A stretch of DNA of 64,000 nt from the NCBI GenBank assembly GCA_963827655.1, contig CAWHCF010000004.1, positions 106,880 to 170,879 on the forward strand, read 5' to 3'. Below the pieces are notes generated by a model. That model ran no database searches, was not told the origin of the DNA, and worked only from the letters and a program-made list of their open reading frames with translations. Made by a program: the position numbers and the translations under genes. How positions within the stretch are numbered: position 1 is the first letter of the stretch; each line of letters opens with the position of its first letter. Of this stretch, positions 46,818-56,711 are shown piece by piece. Source of the DNA: an uncultured Acidobacteriota bacterium (GTDB taxonomy: Bacteria > Acidobacteriota > UBA6911).

Positions 46818-48279
46818 TCATCTTCCTTCACCCGCGCGCAACCAGCCCGCGAAGCCGGCGATTTCCGCTCTCGATCCTCGCGCTTGCGGCTGTCGTGGAA
46901 GGGAGAGAGGAATACGAAATCGTAGACGGCAACATCGACCCCGATCCCTGGGAATCCTTGCGGCGGCTGATGCGGCATAAGACTGCAGAATTGCTGGCGG
47001 TCTCGGTTATGCCGGGTCCTCAAATGAAGGCCGCCATTCCCCTGTGCCGGGCTTTTCGTGAAGAGTACCCGTCGGTCCCGATCGTGTGGGGCGGCTACTT
47101 CCCCTCTCTCTATCCTGATGCGGCCCTGAACTCGAACTACGTCGACTTCGCCGTTCGCGCTCAGGGCGAGGATACTTTCCTCGAGCTGATCGCGGCCCTT
47201 CGTGGCGAGCGCGATTTTTCCAGGATTCTCGGTCTTTCTTTCAAAGACCACTCGGGCCGGCGTGTTCACAATCCTGAGCGTCCGATGCGCTCGCCCGAGG
47301 AGTATCCCTGGCCCCCATATCACCGGCTGGAGGTTTCGAAGTACATCCTTCCCACGTTCCTGGGCTCGCGCACCGCCGTGCACCAGGCCAGCATTGGCTG
47401 TCCCTTCCGGTGTAATTTTTGCGGGGTGATTTCGGTGTACGGGAGCCGCGAGAAAATGGAGTCGCCTCGGCGCACGGCGGCAATCTTAGGGCACCTTAAG
47501 CAGCGCTTTGGCGTCAATGCCATCCAGTTTTACGACAATAATTTCTTCCTGCGCGACGACCATGCCCGCGAACTGGCGGAGCGGCTGACGCCGCTCGAAT
47601 TGCGCTGGTGGTGCGAAGGTCGCGTCGACACGGTTCTCGGCTACTCTGATCAGACCCTTCGCGCTTTGAAGAGAGGCCGGATCCACGATGATCTTCTTCG
47701 GCGCGGAATCGGGTTCGGACTGGGTGCTCGAGCAGATGAACAAGCAACTCAAGGCGGAGCAGACGCTCGCTCTGGCCGGAAGAATCCGGCAGTTCGGCAT
47801 TGTGCCCGAGTTTTCTTTCATACTGGGGAATCCGCACGACCCGGAACGCGATACGCGCGAGTGCATCGCGTTTGTTCGAAAGATCAAGCGGATTAACCCC
47901 CAGGCCGAGATCATCATTCAGCACTACATTCCTGTGCCTCAGCGCGACGGGATGTACGGTCAGGTCGAGGGTAAAATCGAGTTTCCCACGACGCCTGAGG
48001 AGTGGGCGACAGACCGGTGGTACAACTTCACCGTCAGGACCGACCCGAAGCTGCCGTGGCTGCCGGATCAAATCCGGCGCCGGATCGACGACTTCGAGCT
48101 CGTGATAAATTCGCGCTGGCCCACGGTGCAAGACATCCGGCTGCCCGCGTTGGGGACGCGCGGCACTGAAGTCGCTCAGCAGCTGGCGCTACCGCCTGGG
48201 AATCTACCGATTCCCTCTGGAGCTTGCCTGGGCGCAGAAAGTGATCGATTTACGAAAACCCAAGGTCGAGAGTATTTGA
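46814..48279 (+). CDS. Cobalamin-binding radical SAM enzyme 5 (frameshifts)
   Basis: FPLS, WGGYFPS, VRAQGE, SIGCPFRCNFC, DNNF, GAESGS; ends LRKPKVESI-stop. Confidence 0.9.
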
Positions 48280-48989
48280 ACCATTCCCTATTACAACTGG
48301 AAAACCGGTCAACCCGCATAGTGTCGCCTGCGGAAGGGCACCGGATCTGGTCTGAGAGCTATGATAGCCAGCCCAACCCTCTGCTTGCCCTCGAGTTTCG
48401 CTATCTTTCCCGCATGATGCCGGAGATCGAAGGACGGCTGGCGCTGGACGTGGCTTGCGGGACCGGTCGATGGCTGGGTTACCTGGTTACACACGGGGCG
48501 CGAGCCTTTGGAGTCGACACCTCGCGTGAGATGCTGCTCCATGCGTCGAAAAAGCCGGGACTTCGAGAACGTCTGATGCGCGGCGACCTGTGCCATCTTC
48601 CATTCCAGAACGGGTGTGCGGATCTGGTGATCTGCGCCTTTTCTCTCGGGTACATAAGAACGCTCGAGCAGGGTCTAGCCGAACTGGCGCGGCTGGTGAA
48701 GTCGGGCGGATCTGTGATCGTCAGCGATTTTCATCCTGAAGGACACGCTCGAGGCTGGAAGCGCGCCTTCCGGAGCGGCTCGCACAGCTACGAGATCGAA
48801 CATTATCCATACACGATTGAAAGGTTGCTGGAAGCTGCTCGAAATGCGCGTCTGGATCTGGAAGAGCTTCAAGAGCCAGGTCTCGACGAACCGGAGCGGC
48901 GCATTTTTCAGGAGGCCGGCAAGGAGACCCTGTTTGAGGAAGCGCGCGGCGTGCCGGCGGTGCTTATTGCTCGCTGGAGACGGCGGTAA
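48276..48989 (+). CDS. Class I SAM-dependent methyltransferase 3 (BioC/UbiE-like)
   Basis: TTGA overlap start; W...YD..PNPL, LDVACGTGR, GVD.S.EML, LPF, SDFHP. Confidence 0.88.
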   Translation: MNHSLLQLENRSTRIVSPAEGHRIWSESYDSQPNPLLALEFRYLSRMMPEIEGRLALDVACGTGRWLGYLVTHGARAFGVDTSREMLLHASKKPGLRERLMRGDLCHLPFQNGCADLVICAFSLGYIRTLEQGLAELARLVKSGGSVIVSDFHPEGHARGWKRAFRSGSHSYEIEHYPYTIERLLEAARNARLDLEELQEPGLDEPERRIFQEAGKETLFEEARGVPAVLIARWRRR

Positions 48990-48995
48990 ATAGAC

Positions 48996-49071
48996 CTTGG
49001 CGTTTCTTCGTGTCTTTGCGTCTTAGCGGTGTCAGAAGCCAACCACGAAGACTCAAAGACACGAAGAAACA
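48996..49071. repeat. Inverted pair of the dispersed CCACGAAGACACGAAG-type repeat
   Basis: gtttcttcgtgtctttgcgtcttagcggt faces accacgaagactcaaagacacgaagaaac; related single copies near 9050, 18976, 27201, 35781, 38676, 50742, 61338 and 63553. Confidence 0.75.
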
Positions 49072-49079
49072 GGCGTGAC

Positions 49080-49304
49080 TACAAGATAAGTCGGCATTCC
49101 ACTTCTCGCCGGTACGAAAGGGTCTCGCTTTCTCTCAAGATACTTCCGGCAAGGCTCTTGGAATCTCGAGAGGGCTTTGTGTAAGCCACGACTCGGACCA
49201 TCGGGCGACCACGTTTTGTTATTACTACGGGATCTCTGGTTTCTGCTACCGTCGATAATTCTCAGACACTGGTCCTTGAACTTGGCTGCAGTGATGGTTT
49301 TCAT
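49080..49304 (-). pseudogene. Phd/YefM-family antitoxin, frameshifted and orphan
   Basis: MKTITAAKFKDQCLRIID continues in another frame as TVAETRDPVVITKRGRPMVRVV. End is approximate. Confidence 0.75.
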
Positions 49305-49516
49305 ATTTTGCAATATGGCCATGACCATATAGCCATGTCAACCATCGATCTCTCGCTTCCCAGGCCGTCGCTTGGGAAGTATTTAATAGCCCTGAGGACT
49401 TGCGCCTTCGGGCCGGCTCTTGTCACTTTGGGAGGAATCGGTTCGCGGCCAAGGTCACGGTTTTTTCGTTCGGGAGCTGGAGTCCAAGGATTTATGATGA
49501 GGAACGGTGGCGCGGC

Positions 49517-50795
49517 ATGGCACAAGAACGGTCGTGGATTCTGCGGGGAGCGCGAATAGCGCGAGGAGCCGAAGAGACAGAGGCAAGCGATATCGAGATT
49601 CGTGCCGGGAAAATCGTCGCCCTTGAATCGTCGTCGCCCATCCCGGGCACGCGCGCTCGAGCTCGATCTGCGCGGTTGTCTGGTATTGCCCGGCTTGATC
49701 AATGCCCACGACCACCTCGAGTTCAGTCTTTTTCCCCGTCTGGGACGCGGACCCTATCCCAACGCCGGCGCCTGGGCGCGCGACATCTACCAGCCGCATC
49801 GTTCGCCGATAAAGGAACATTTGCGCGTTCCCCTGCCGGTTCGGCTTCGCTGGGGCGGAATCAAGAACTTGCTGAGCGGCGTGACGACGATCTGCCATCA
49901 CAATCCTTACAACGCTCGAGTCTTCGAGCATAACTTTCCCGCGCGTGTGCAGAAGAGATTCGGCTGGGCGCACTCCCTGGAGTTTGCTCCCGATCTGGAG
50001 TTGCGTTTCCGCGAGACTTCGCCGGAGTGGCCCTTTATCGTTCACCTCGGCGAGGCGAGGGATCGCACCGGGAAACTCGAGATTTTTCGACTCAACCAGC
50101 TTGGCGCCCTGGATGAGCGCACTGTCCTGGTTCACGGAGTCGCTTTGGGAAGGCAGGGACTGCGGCTGTCGAAGGAAAAAGGAGCGGCGCTGGTTTGGTG
50201 CCCAAGCTCAAATCTGTTTATCCTGGGGCGCACCCTGAGCCAGGCGGCGCTCAATAACGGCGTTCCCCTGGCTCTCGGCACCGACTCCGCGCTGAGCGGA
50301 AAGGGAGACCTGCTTGATGAGTTCCGCCTGGCGCAGCGAGTCTCCGGTCTTTCATCAAGCCGTCTCTATCGGATGGTTACCGAGGATGCGGCCCGAATCC
50401 TGCGGCTGGAAAACGGCGAAGGGACAGTAACGGAAGGTGGCGTGGCTGATCTCCTGGTCGTGAGAGACAATGGAAGAAGCCCGGCCGAGACGCTCACGAG
50501 ACTTCGAACCGGCGCCATGGAAATGGTGATCCTGGGAGGGAGGATCAAGCAAGTTTCACCGCGCCTGGCGCCTCGGCTCCCGGCTACCGTCCGGAAGCGA
50601 CTCCGTTCCCTCACTGTAGAAGAGAAACGAAGGGTCTTTCTTGATGCGGATCTTCCCGGGATCTACGCACGGACGTCGCGTGTGCTCGGTCCCGAGATCC
50701 GACTCGCCGGGAAAAAGATCCGCATCGACATAAGCGGGGCGAAACAAATACCGCCAGGACGCAAGGACACGAAGAAACAGCAAGCAAGCGCATGA
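49517..50795 (+). CDS. Metal-dependent amidohydrolase (deaminase-like; frameshift near 49640)
   Basis: DLRGCLVLPGLINAHDHL, SGVTT, VHLGE, LVHG, WCPSSN, LGTDS, ADLLV. Confidence 0.88.
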
Positions 50796-51778
50796 TTCCT
50801 GACATTATCGAGAAGCTCCCGATTCTGATTCTTTATCCCCACAGTCGATGCAACTGCCGCTGCGTGATGTGTGATATCTGGAAGATCGACACGGTGCGTG
50901 AGATCAGCATCTCTGACCTGGACCGTCACGCCGGCGATATCCAGTCCCTCGGGGTCCGGTGGGTGGTCTTCTCGGGCGGAGAGCCTCTGATGCACTCCGA
51001 TCTCTTTCGACTGAGTGACCGGCTGCGCGAAGCGGGCATCCGGACCACGATACTGACCACGGGCCTTCTGCTGGCGAAATACTCGAGCTCAATCGTCAGC
51101 CGGCTCGACGACGTGATCGTCTCCCTGGATGGACCTCGCGAGGTTCACGATCGAATCAGGCGGATCCCGCGCGCGTTCGATCTGCTGGCGGGCGGAGTGA
51201 ACGCCATTCACGCGCGCAAGCCCGAATTCCCGGTTGCGGCGCGCTGTACGGTCCAGCATGAGAATTTCTTGAGCCTGCGCGAAACTGTGCGAACGGCTAA
51301 AACAATGGGTCTCCAGTCCATTTCATTTCTGGCTGCGGACCTGACCTCCGAGGCGTTTAACCGGCCGCAAGGTTGGTCGGGGGAGCGCCAGGCCAGCGTG
51401 GCGCTGAACGGTGAAGAAGTGAATCTGCTGGAGAACGAGATCGAGACAATGATTCGCGAATCAGCGGAAGATCCGGCCTACGTGCTCGAGACTCCGGAGA
51501 AGCTGCGACGCATTGTTTATCATTTCCGCGCGCATCTGGGTATGGTCGAGGCGGTATCGCCGCGCTGCAATGCCCCGTGGGTGTCGGCCGTGGTCGAGTC
51601 GGACGGCACAGTTCGTCCCTGCTTCTTCCATAAACCCATTGGCAACATCGGCCGCGATACGCTTCGCGCGGTATTGAACGGACCGGAGGCAATGGAATTT
51701 CGCAGGACCCTCGACATTTCCCGGAATCCGATCTGCCGGCGCTGTGTTTGCTCGCTTCACCTTTCGCCTGTGCCGTGA
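50792..51778 (+). CDS. Radical SAM enzyme with SPASM/twitch domain
   Basis: CNCRCVMC, SGGEPL, VSLDG, C-terminal CNAPW..VESDGTVRPC..CRRCVC; ATGA overlap with the amidohydrolase. Confidence 0.92.
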   Translation: MIPDIIEKLPILILYPHSRCNCRCVMCDIWKIDTVREISISDLDRHAGDIQSLGVRWVVFSGGEPLMHSDLFRLSDRLREAGIRTTILTTGLLLAKYSSSIVSRLDDVIVSLDGPREVHDRIRRIPRAFDLLAGGVNAIHARKPEFPVAARCTVQHENFLSLRETVRTAKTMGLQSISFLAADLTSEAFNRPQGWSGERQASVALNGEEVNLLENEIETMIRESAEDPAYVLETPEKLRRIVYHFRAHLGMVEAVSPRCNAPWVSAVVESDGTVRPCFFHKPIGNIGRDTLRAVLNGPEAMEFRRTLDISRNPICRRCVCSLHLSPVP

Positions 51779-52141
51779 TCAAGCTGCTTTCTTGGGAGCC
51801 CGAAAGGGCGGGCAGGGCGCAGGCTCGACCGTCAGAAGCTCTGAAGAAATGAGTCCGTGGCGCGGGTCATCAGTTTGCGACCCGCGTCGTCTGCGAGGGC
51901 CGCTACAATAAGTCGCTCTCGGAATGTGGCTGACACATTTTCTGAAGCCTTGTGGCGACGGCTCATCAGACCCGTCGCACGTTCGAAGATTTAGCGTTAA
52001 AATTCGTAGTGCCACTAGGGACGGATGTCTTGATAGCCCGTCCGCACATGTAGCGGGCGAGTCTTTGCAACAGACTCTGCGCGTATGAGCAAAGCTGGTG
52101 CTTCACGGGACGTAATCGGCTTTTCTTCCGTTGCGGGCGAT

Positions 52142-53734
52142 TTATCGCTCGAGCTGATAGACCTGGAGCGGCATCCCGCCGTCTTCGCGGATTTCTCGAA
52201 TCAAACGGGCCTTGTGTTGGCTCATATAGGCCCAAAATTCATCATGATAAACAGACATCCCTGGCCGAGAACGGTCCAGGAGGTTTCGCATCGTAGTCGC
52301 GTCGAGCAAAACGATGTCCGGGGCATTTAACTTCATGGCTTCGGCAAATGGAATGGGATTTTCGTGCCTCTCTGGATCCGACAGAAGCAAGGGCAGATAG
52401 AAAGATCGATATTGCCGATCAGCGAGAGCAAGCCAATAGATCTCGCGCCCCAGTACACGGGCCGACGAAGGAACCACCTGTCTTAGCTCGCTAAAGATCT
52501 GGCGGGGGGGTACCGCTTGGCTCGCAGTCCGCTGCATCCGGAAAATGGCCCAGGCGCCCTGAAACACCGTCAGCCCGACAATCACCACCACGACCGCGCG
52601 GTACGCTCCTCTGCGCGCTTCTAGCAGATGAGCGAGCAACGCCGCGACGAGAAGCGCAAAAAGAGGGGCTACAGTCACCAGATAACTGAAACGTTTGATC
52701 TTGACCAGCAGAGCGAACAGTAAAGGAAACACCAGACAAGGCACCAGCAACCACAATGCCTCCCGGTCTCTAAGCCGGGCCGCCCGCCCCCAGAGCCAGA
52801 CCAGCGCTGCGGGAACGCCCAGGGCTATGAGCCAGAAACCGGGATGGACCATTGTTGCCATCTCGCCCACCCCCAGAGCATAACGATGCCGTTCGTTGAG
52901 GATATTCTCGACATAGAAGGAAAGGCTCAGAGGTTTGAATGTCTCACGACTTAAGATCAGCTGCCCCTTATAGTCATCCCAGTTAGAAGCTAATACGAAG
53001 ATCCAGATGAGCCATGGTACTGATGCTCCAGCCATTATCTGGCCGAGGCTGCGAAGAGTGGGTTGATACGTGAAGTAAAGGCGCTCCAGCAACAAGAGCA
53101 AGAGTAACGCGACAATCCAGAATAAGCCGTAGTAGTGAGCCAGGCCTGCCATCCCCGCCAGCAGTCCAGCCAGAAAATCATGTCGATTGCGCCCGGTGGA
53201 ACGCGCGCGCAGCCAGAACCACCAGGCGCCCAGACCGAGCGGCGGGACGAGAATGTCGTAGCGCGCAATTCGTGAAACATCGACCAGCGGAATGCCCGTG
53301 CTCATTATGCGGTCGTTACCTGCCCCCCACGGCCAGAACAGGAGTAACAGGACGGCGAAAAGCCCTATGGGACGACTGCTCATGCTCAATTTGCGCGCGA
53401 CCGCATAGGTGAGGATGAGGGTCAGCATTCCGAGAGCTACCGGCACGACGCGCATTTGAAAGACCCCGAGACCGAAAAGACGTGAGGCCGCGCCCTGCAG
53501 TAAGGACATCAGGGGCATGAACTCCAGATAGTGGCGCTCCATTCCGTAATAACCTGTGAAAAGGTCGGAGCCGAAAATGCCTTGCGTAAAAAACTTGTAG
53601 CCGGGTGACAGGATCCAGGGTTCATCTTCCTGAAGGGGCGGAAAGCGATCGAGGTTCCAAATCGAGATTGCGCCGAAGACGATGACCAGTATTGTTAACG
53701 CAGCAAGATCAGCCTTTCGAAGTTTGTCGTTCAT
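52142..53734 (-). CDS. ArnT/GT39-like (GT-C) membrane glycosyltransferase
   Basis: Acidic EDE after TM1, multiple TMs, ARYD, AGLLAG.A...H motifs. Confidence 0.75.
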   Translation of the reverse strand: MNDKLRKADLAALTILVIVFGAISIWNLDRFPPLQEDEPWILSPGYKFFTQGIFGSDLFTGYYGMERHYLEFMPLMSLLQGAASRLFGLGVFQMRVVPVALGMLTLILTYAVARKLSMSSRPIGLFAVLLLLFWPWGAGNDRIMSTGIPLVDVSRIARYDILVPPLGLGAWWFWLRARSTGRNRHDFLAGLLAGMAGLAHYYGLFWIVALLLLLLLERLYFTYQPTLRSLGQIMAGASVPWLIWIFVLASNWDDYKGQLILSRETFKPLSLSFYVENILNERHRYALGVGEMATMVHPGFWLIALGVPAALVWLWGRAARLRDREALWLLVPCLVFPLLFALLVKIKRFSYLVTVAPLFALLVAALLAHLLEARRGAYRAVVVVIVGLTVFQGAWAIFRMQRTASQAVPPRQIFSELRQVVPSSARVLGREIYWLALADRQYRSFYLPLLLSDPERHENPIPFAEAMKLNAPDIVLLDATTMRNLLDRSRPGMSVYHDEFWAYMSQHKARLIREIREDGGMPLQVYQLER

Positions 53735-53996
53735 TCTCACTCGCCGGAAAAACTGGGTTGGACCTGCGCTCCAGGCTTGACGGAATATAGAAGCTCGTGT
53801 GCCAATATACAATCGTTTAGAAACGGCCAGGCTCGGAGAGACTACTCGACCTTGTGTCTTCTTGCGAGACGCGACAAAATATTGACCTGCACTTTTCGGT
53901 CGCGCGGGTTCTTCGCTCCTGGCCGTTGAGGTTGTTTTCCAGCAATAACCACAAGGCGCAAAGTCGAAAAGAGATGCTGAATCCGGGAACTTGCTA

Positions 53997-55557
53997 ATGA
54001 ATCAGATGGGCGGATTGAAAAGAGCAAGTGCTCGCGCGCTGCTTTTGATGGTGATTGCGGCGGGGATCGTTTTACGCCTGATTGGCCTGGAATGGGGAAT
54101 TCCTCTTGCTTTGCCTCCCGAAGCGACTCCCTACCGGAACTCGTTTCATTTCGATGAAGACAATTATCTCTGGGGACTGACCCGCATAGACTCGAAGCGC
54201 TGGAACTTCGATGTCCAGGATCTACACTGGGGAACTCTGCAGTTCTACCTCATCGGCGCCGCGCTTCAGGTTGCCGAATCCTCGGGTTACCTCACACGAC
54301 CGTGGAAAGAGGCCTTTCTCGCCTGGGATCCGGTCAACTTTCCCAGGGTCTACCACGTCGGCCGCCTGGTTTCTGCGATCTCAGGGACCCTCTCTTTGTT
54401 GGTCGTCTTCCTGGTTGGGAAACGACTTCGCGATACTGAGACGGGTCTTTTGGCCTGCGCTTTCCTGGCGGTCACACCGCTGCATGTCCTCAACTCGCAT
54501 TATCTTACTTCGGACATCACGATGGTTTTTCTGTCGCTGACGGCGTTTTACTTCTTTCTCGTTTCGCTGGACAGCAACGACTTGAAGGCCCATCTACTCA
54601 GCAGTCTGTTCCTGGGACTTGCGATCGCGGCCAAGTACAACGCCGCTTATCTCCTGCCGCTCTGGTTTGCCAGAGATCTGATCGAGCGAAAATTTGCGTG
54701 GAAGCTGAAGCTCTGGGGATATGGAGCGATTGTAGCGGGCTTTGCGCTGGGAGAACCTTATGCTTTTCTACGTCCGAGGGAGTTCGTCCGGGTGATCTAC
54801 CACGCCCATGTGCTTGATACTCCGGAGATGCGCCTGTTCCTGATTCCCTGGCCTCAGCTTCTCGCGGCGCAGGGAAAGGCGCTGCTGAACTACGGAGTTC
54901 AGTGGCCTCTGGCGTTGCTGGCGGTTATCGGGCTCGTCATATCCGTCGCACGTCCCACCAGGAAGACCCTTTGGTTCGCGGCCGCCGTTCTGCTGGCCGC
55001 AGGTTCGATTGCAGGAACCAAGTGGCCCATGATCCGGTATACGCTGCCGCTGGTCCCGCTGATCGCCCTTGCGGCGGCGCTGGCTTTGACCGCCGCGCGC
55101 ATTGCGGGAGTCCTGGCGTCCCTGGATTTACGCTCTTTCGTTATGCATTTCCCTGGTCTCTTCATGGATGCAGACCATGATACTCGTGCGCGAACATCCC
55201 GCGCGCAGCGCCGCGCGCTGGGTAGCGTCAAACATACCCGACGGAAGCCGAATAGGTCAGATCTGGGCGGAAATACCCCCACTCGACCGGCGGCGTTACG
55301 ACGTGCATCAGCTGCACGGGATATTCGGGCATGATGCCGAGGACTCTCAGGACCGGGACCGCCAGTTTCTTATCCTGGACAACCTTCCGCTGCAGCCCTT
55401 CTCGCCGTCTTTCGCAGGGCGCCTCGCGCGGGAATATGATCCGGTCGCCGAGTTTCGTTCCGATCCGCGGATCGGACGCTGGACTTTCCCTGAAGTGGAT
55501 GCGCCACATGACTGGAAATACACGCACCCGGTTGTGCGCATTTATCGGCGAAAATGA
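53997..55557 (+). CDS. GT39/PMT-like membrane glycosyltransferase (frameshift near 55100)
   Basis: LRL.GL.WG.P, HFDE, GRLVSA, HV..SHY.T.D, GLA.AAKY, RY.LPL.P. Confidence 0.82.
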
Positions 55558-56711
55558 AACAGCAGGTGACGAATGCGTTGCCGCATGCGCGCGGCAAGCG
55601 CTCTCCAGCGTCCCTCGCGCCAGGGACTCTGGACCGAGTACGACAGGACGCCGAATTTTTGGGCCCAATCGGGGGCCATCGCCCAGTGCAAGAAGTAGAT
55701 CAGCGAGCGTTCTCGATGATGCAAGTTCATGGCGCGGGCGGCCTGTGCCCCCTCGAGTCCCAGCCAGGTTACTACCTGTCGCGGCGTAAGATCGCGCAGC
55801 GCCCGCCAGATTTTCTCGGGAATGTTGCTCCCGCAGACTCTCCTGCTGAGATCGAGGGTGAGAAAGCAAAAGGGAGCGACGCGGCTTGCGGCCGTATGGC
55901 GCAGGATCTCTTCCCAATCGAGATCTCGCTCGCGCTGCCGCAGCAAAAGCGCAACGTCCAGGAGATGCATGAGCCGCGCGTTGGATTCGACCACGTTAAA
56001 GGCATAATGAACTGCAAGCTGCACCAGAGTCCTCTCGTTCGATGGCACCCGAAAGGCAGTACCATCCATTTCTCGCCAGCGATGATCCGGCCAAAGGTCT
56101 AATTTGCAGTCCAGCCGAAAACCATGCCAGCGCTGCGTCCAGGGCTGGGTGTGCAGGTCGAGAAAGGTGGGTTGACCGGGATCGAACACTGTCTCGGGAG
56201 TCCAGGTGTAGTCGGCGGGTTTCCACAGCAATATCTCATCGTTCGAGCGAGTCGGCGCGGAATAGTACGGAACGTATCCCTTTTCCCGGAGTATTTCCAG
56301 GGCGCGGCTGGAGTCTTCGACTTTGACCAGCAGATCGAGGTCGTACAGAACACGCAATCCCAGGTCACCATAGTACTCGTGTGCCAGCGGAAGGCCCTTT
56401 AAGACCATCGCGGGTATCCGGTGATCCTGCAACGCCGCGCATACATCGCGAAGATCGGCGAGGAGGCGCCGGTTGCGCTCCGTATTTAGCGACCTCGCAT
56501 GGGCGAAGCGTTCGGCGAGCGCCGGAGGTAGTCGATCAAGGGTCCCTGATTCAGACCAGCGCTGGTGCAGGTAGGGGATCAAACAATGACTGCGGGCGGT
56601 TGACCACAACCTTTCCCAATCCTCCGGCTCGACGTTCACGGTGGAGGGAATGGCAGGCTGAAGCGCCTCGGCTATAACCCTGTCCGCGGCGGAACTTGCA
56701 ACCGACCTCAT
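55542..56711 (-). CDS. Nucleotidyltransferase family protein (NTP_transf_5-like)
   Basis: IPAMVLKG, Y.D..LR...DLDLLV, LDLH, L..H, HLLDV. Confidence 0.85.
   Translation of the reverse strand: MRSVASSAADRVIAEALQPAIPSTVNVEPEDWERLWSTARSHCLIPYLHQRWSESGTLDRLPPALAERFAHARSLNTERNRRLLADLRDVCAALQDHRIPAMVLKGLPLAHEYYGDLGLRVLYDLDLLVKVEDSSRALEILREKGYVPYYSAPTRSNDEILLWKPADYTWTPETVFDPGQPTFLDLHTQPWTQRWHGFRLDCKLDLWPDHRWREMDGTAFRVPSNERTLVQLAVHYAFNVVESNARLMHLLDVALLLRQRERDLDWEEILRHTAASRVAPFCFLTLDLSRRVCGSNIPEKIWRALRDLTPRQVVTWLGLEGAQAARAMNLHHRERSLIYFLHWAMAPDWAQKFGVLSYSVQSPWREGRWRALAARMRQRIRHLLFHFRR

Noticed and set aside
47688-48989. Apparent radical SAM-methyltransferase fusion ORF
   Set aside because: Frameshift artefact: rSAM 5 ends in another frame at TGA 48279 and the methyltransferase starts at the overlapping TTG 48276. 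The same applies to the N-terminal extension of ORF 46595-47896.
48996-49071. CRISPR array from the recurring GACACGAAG repeat
   Set aside because: Copies are degenerate, dispersed and not regularly spaced; no cas genes.
51779-52140. Possible RiPP precursor after the SPASM enzyme (78 aa minus-strand ORF)
   Set aside because: Wrong strand, no clear RBS or leader/core pattern; the region consists of short REP-like hairpins.
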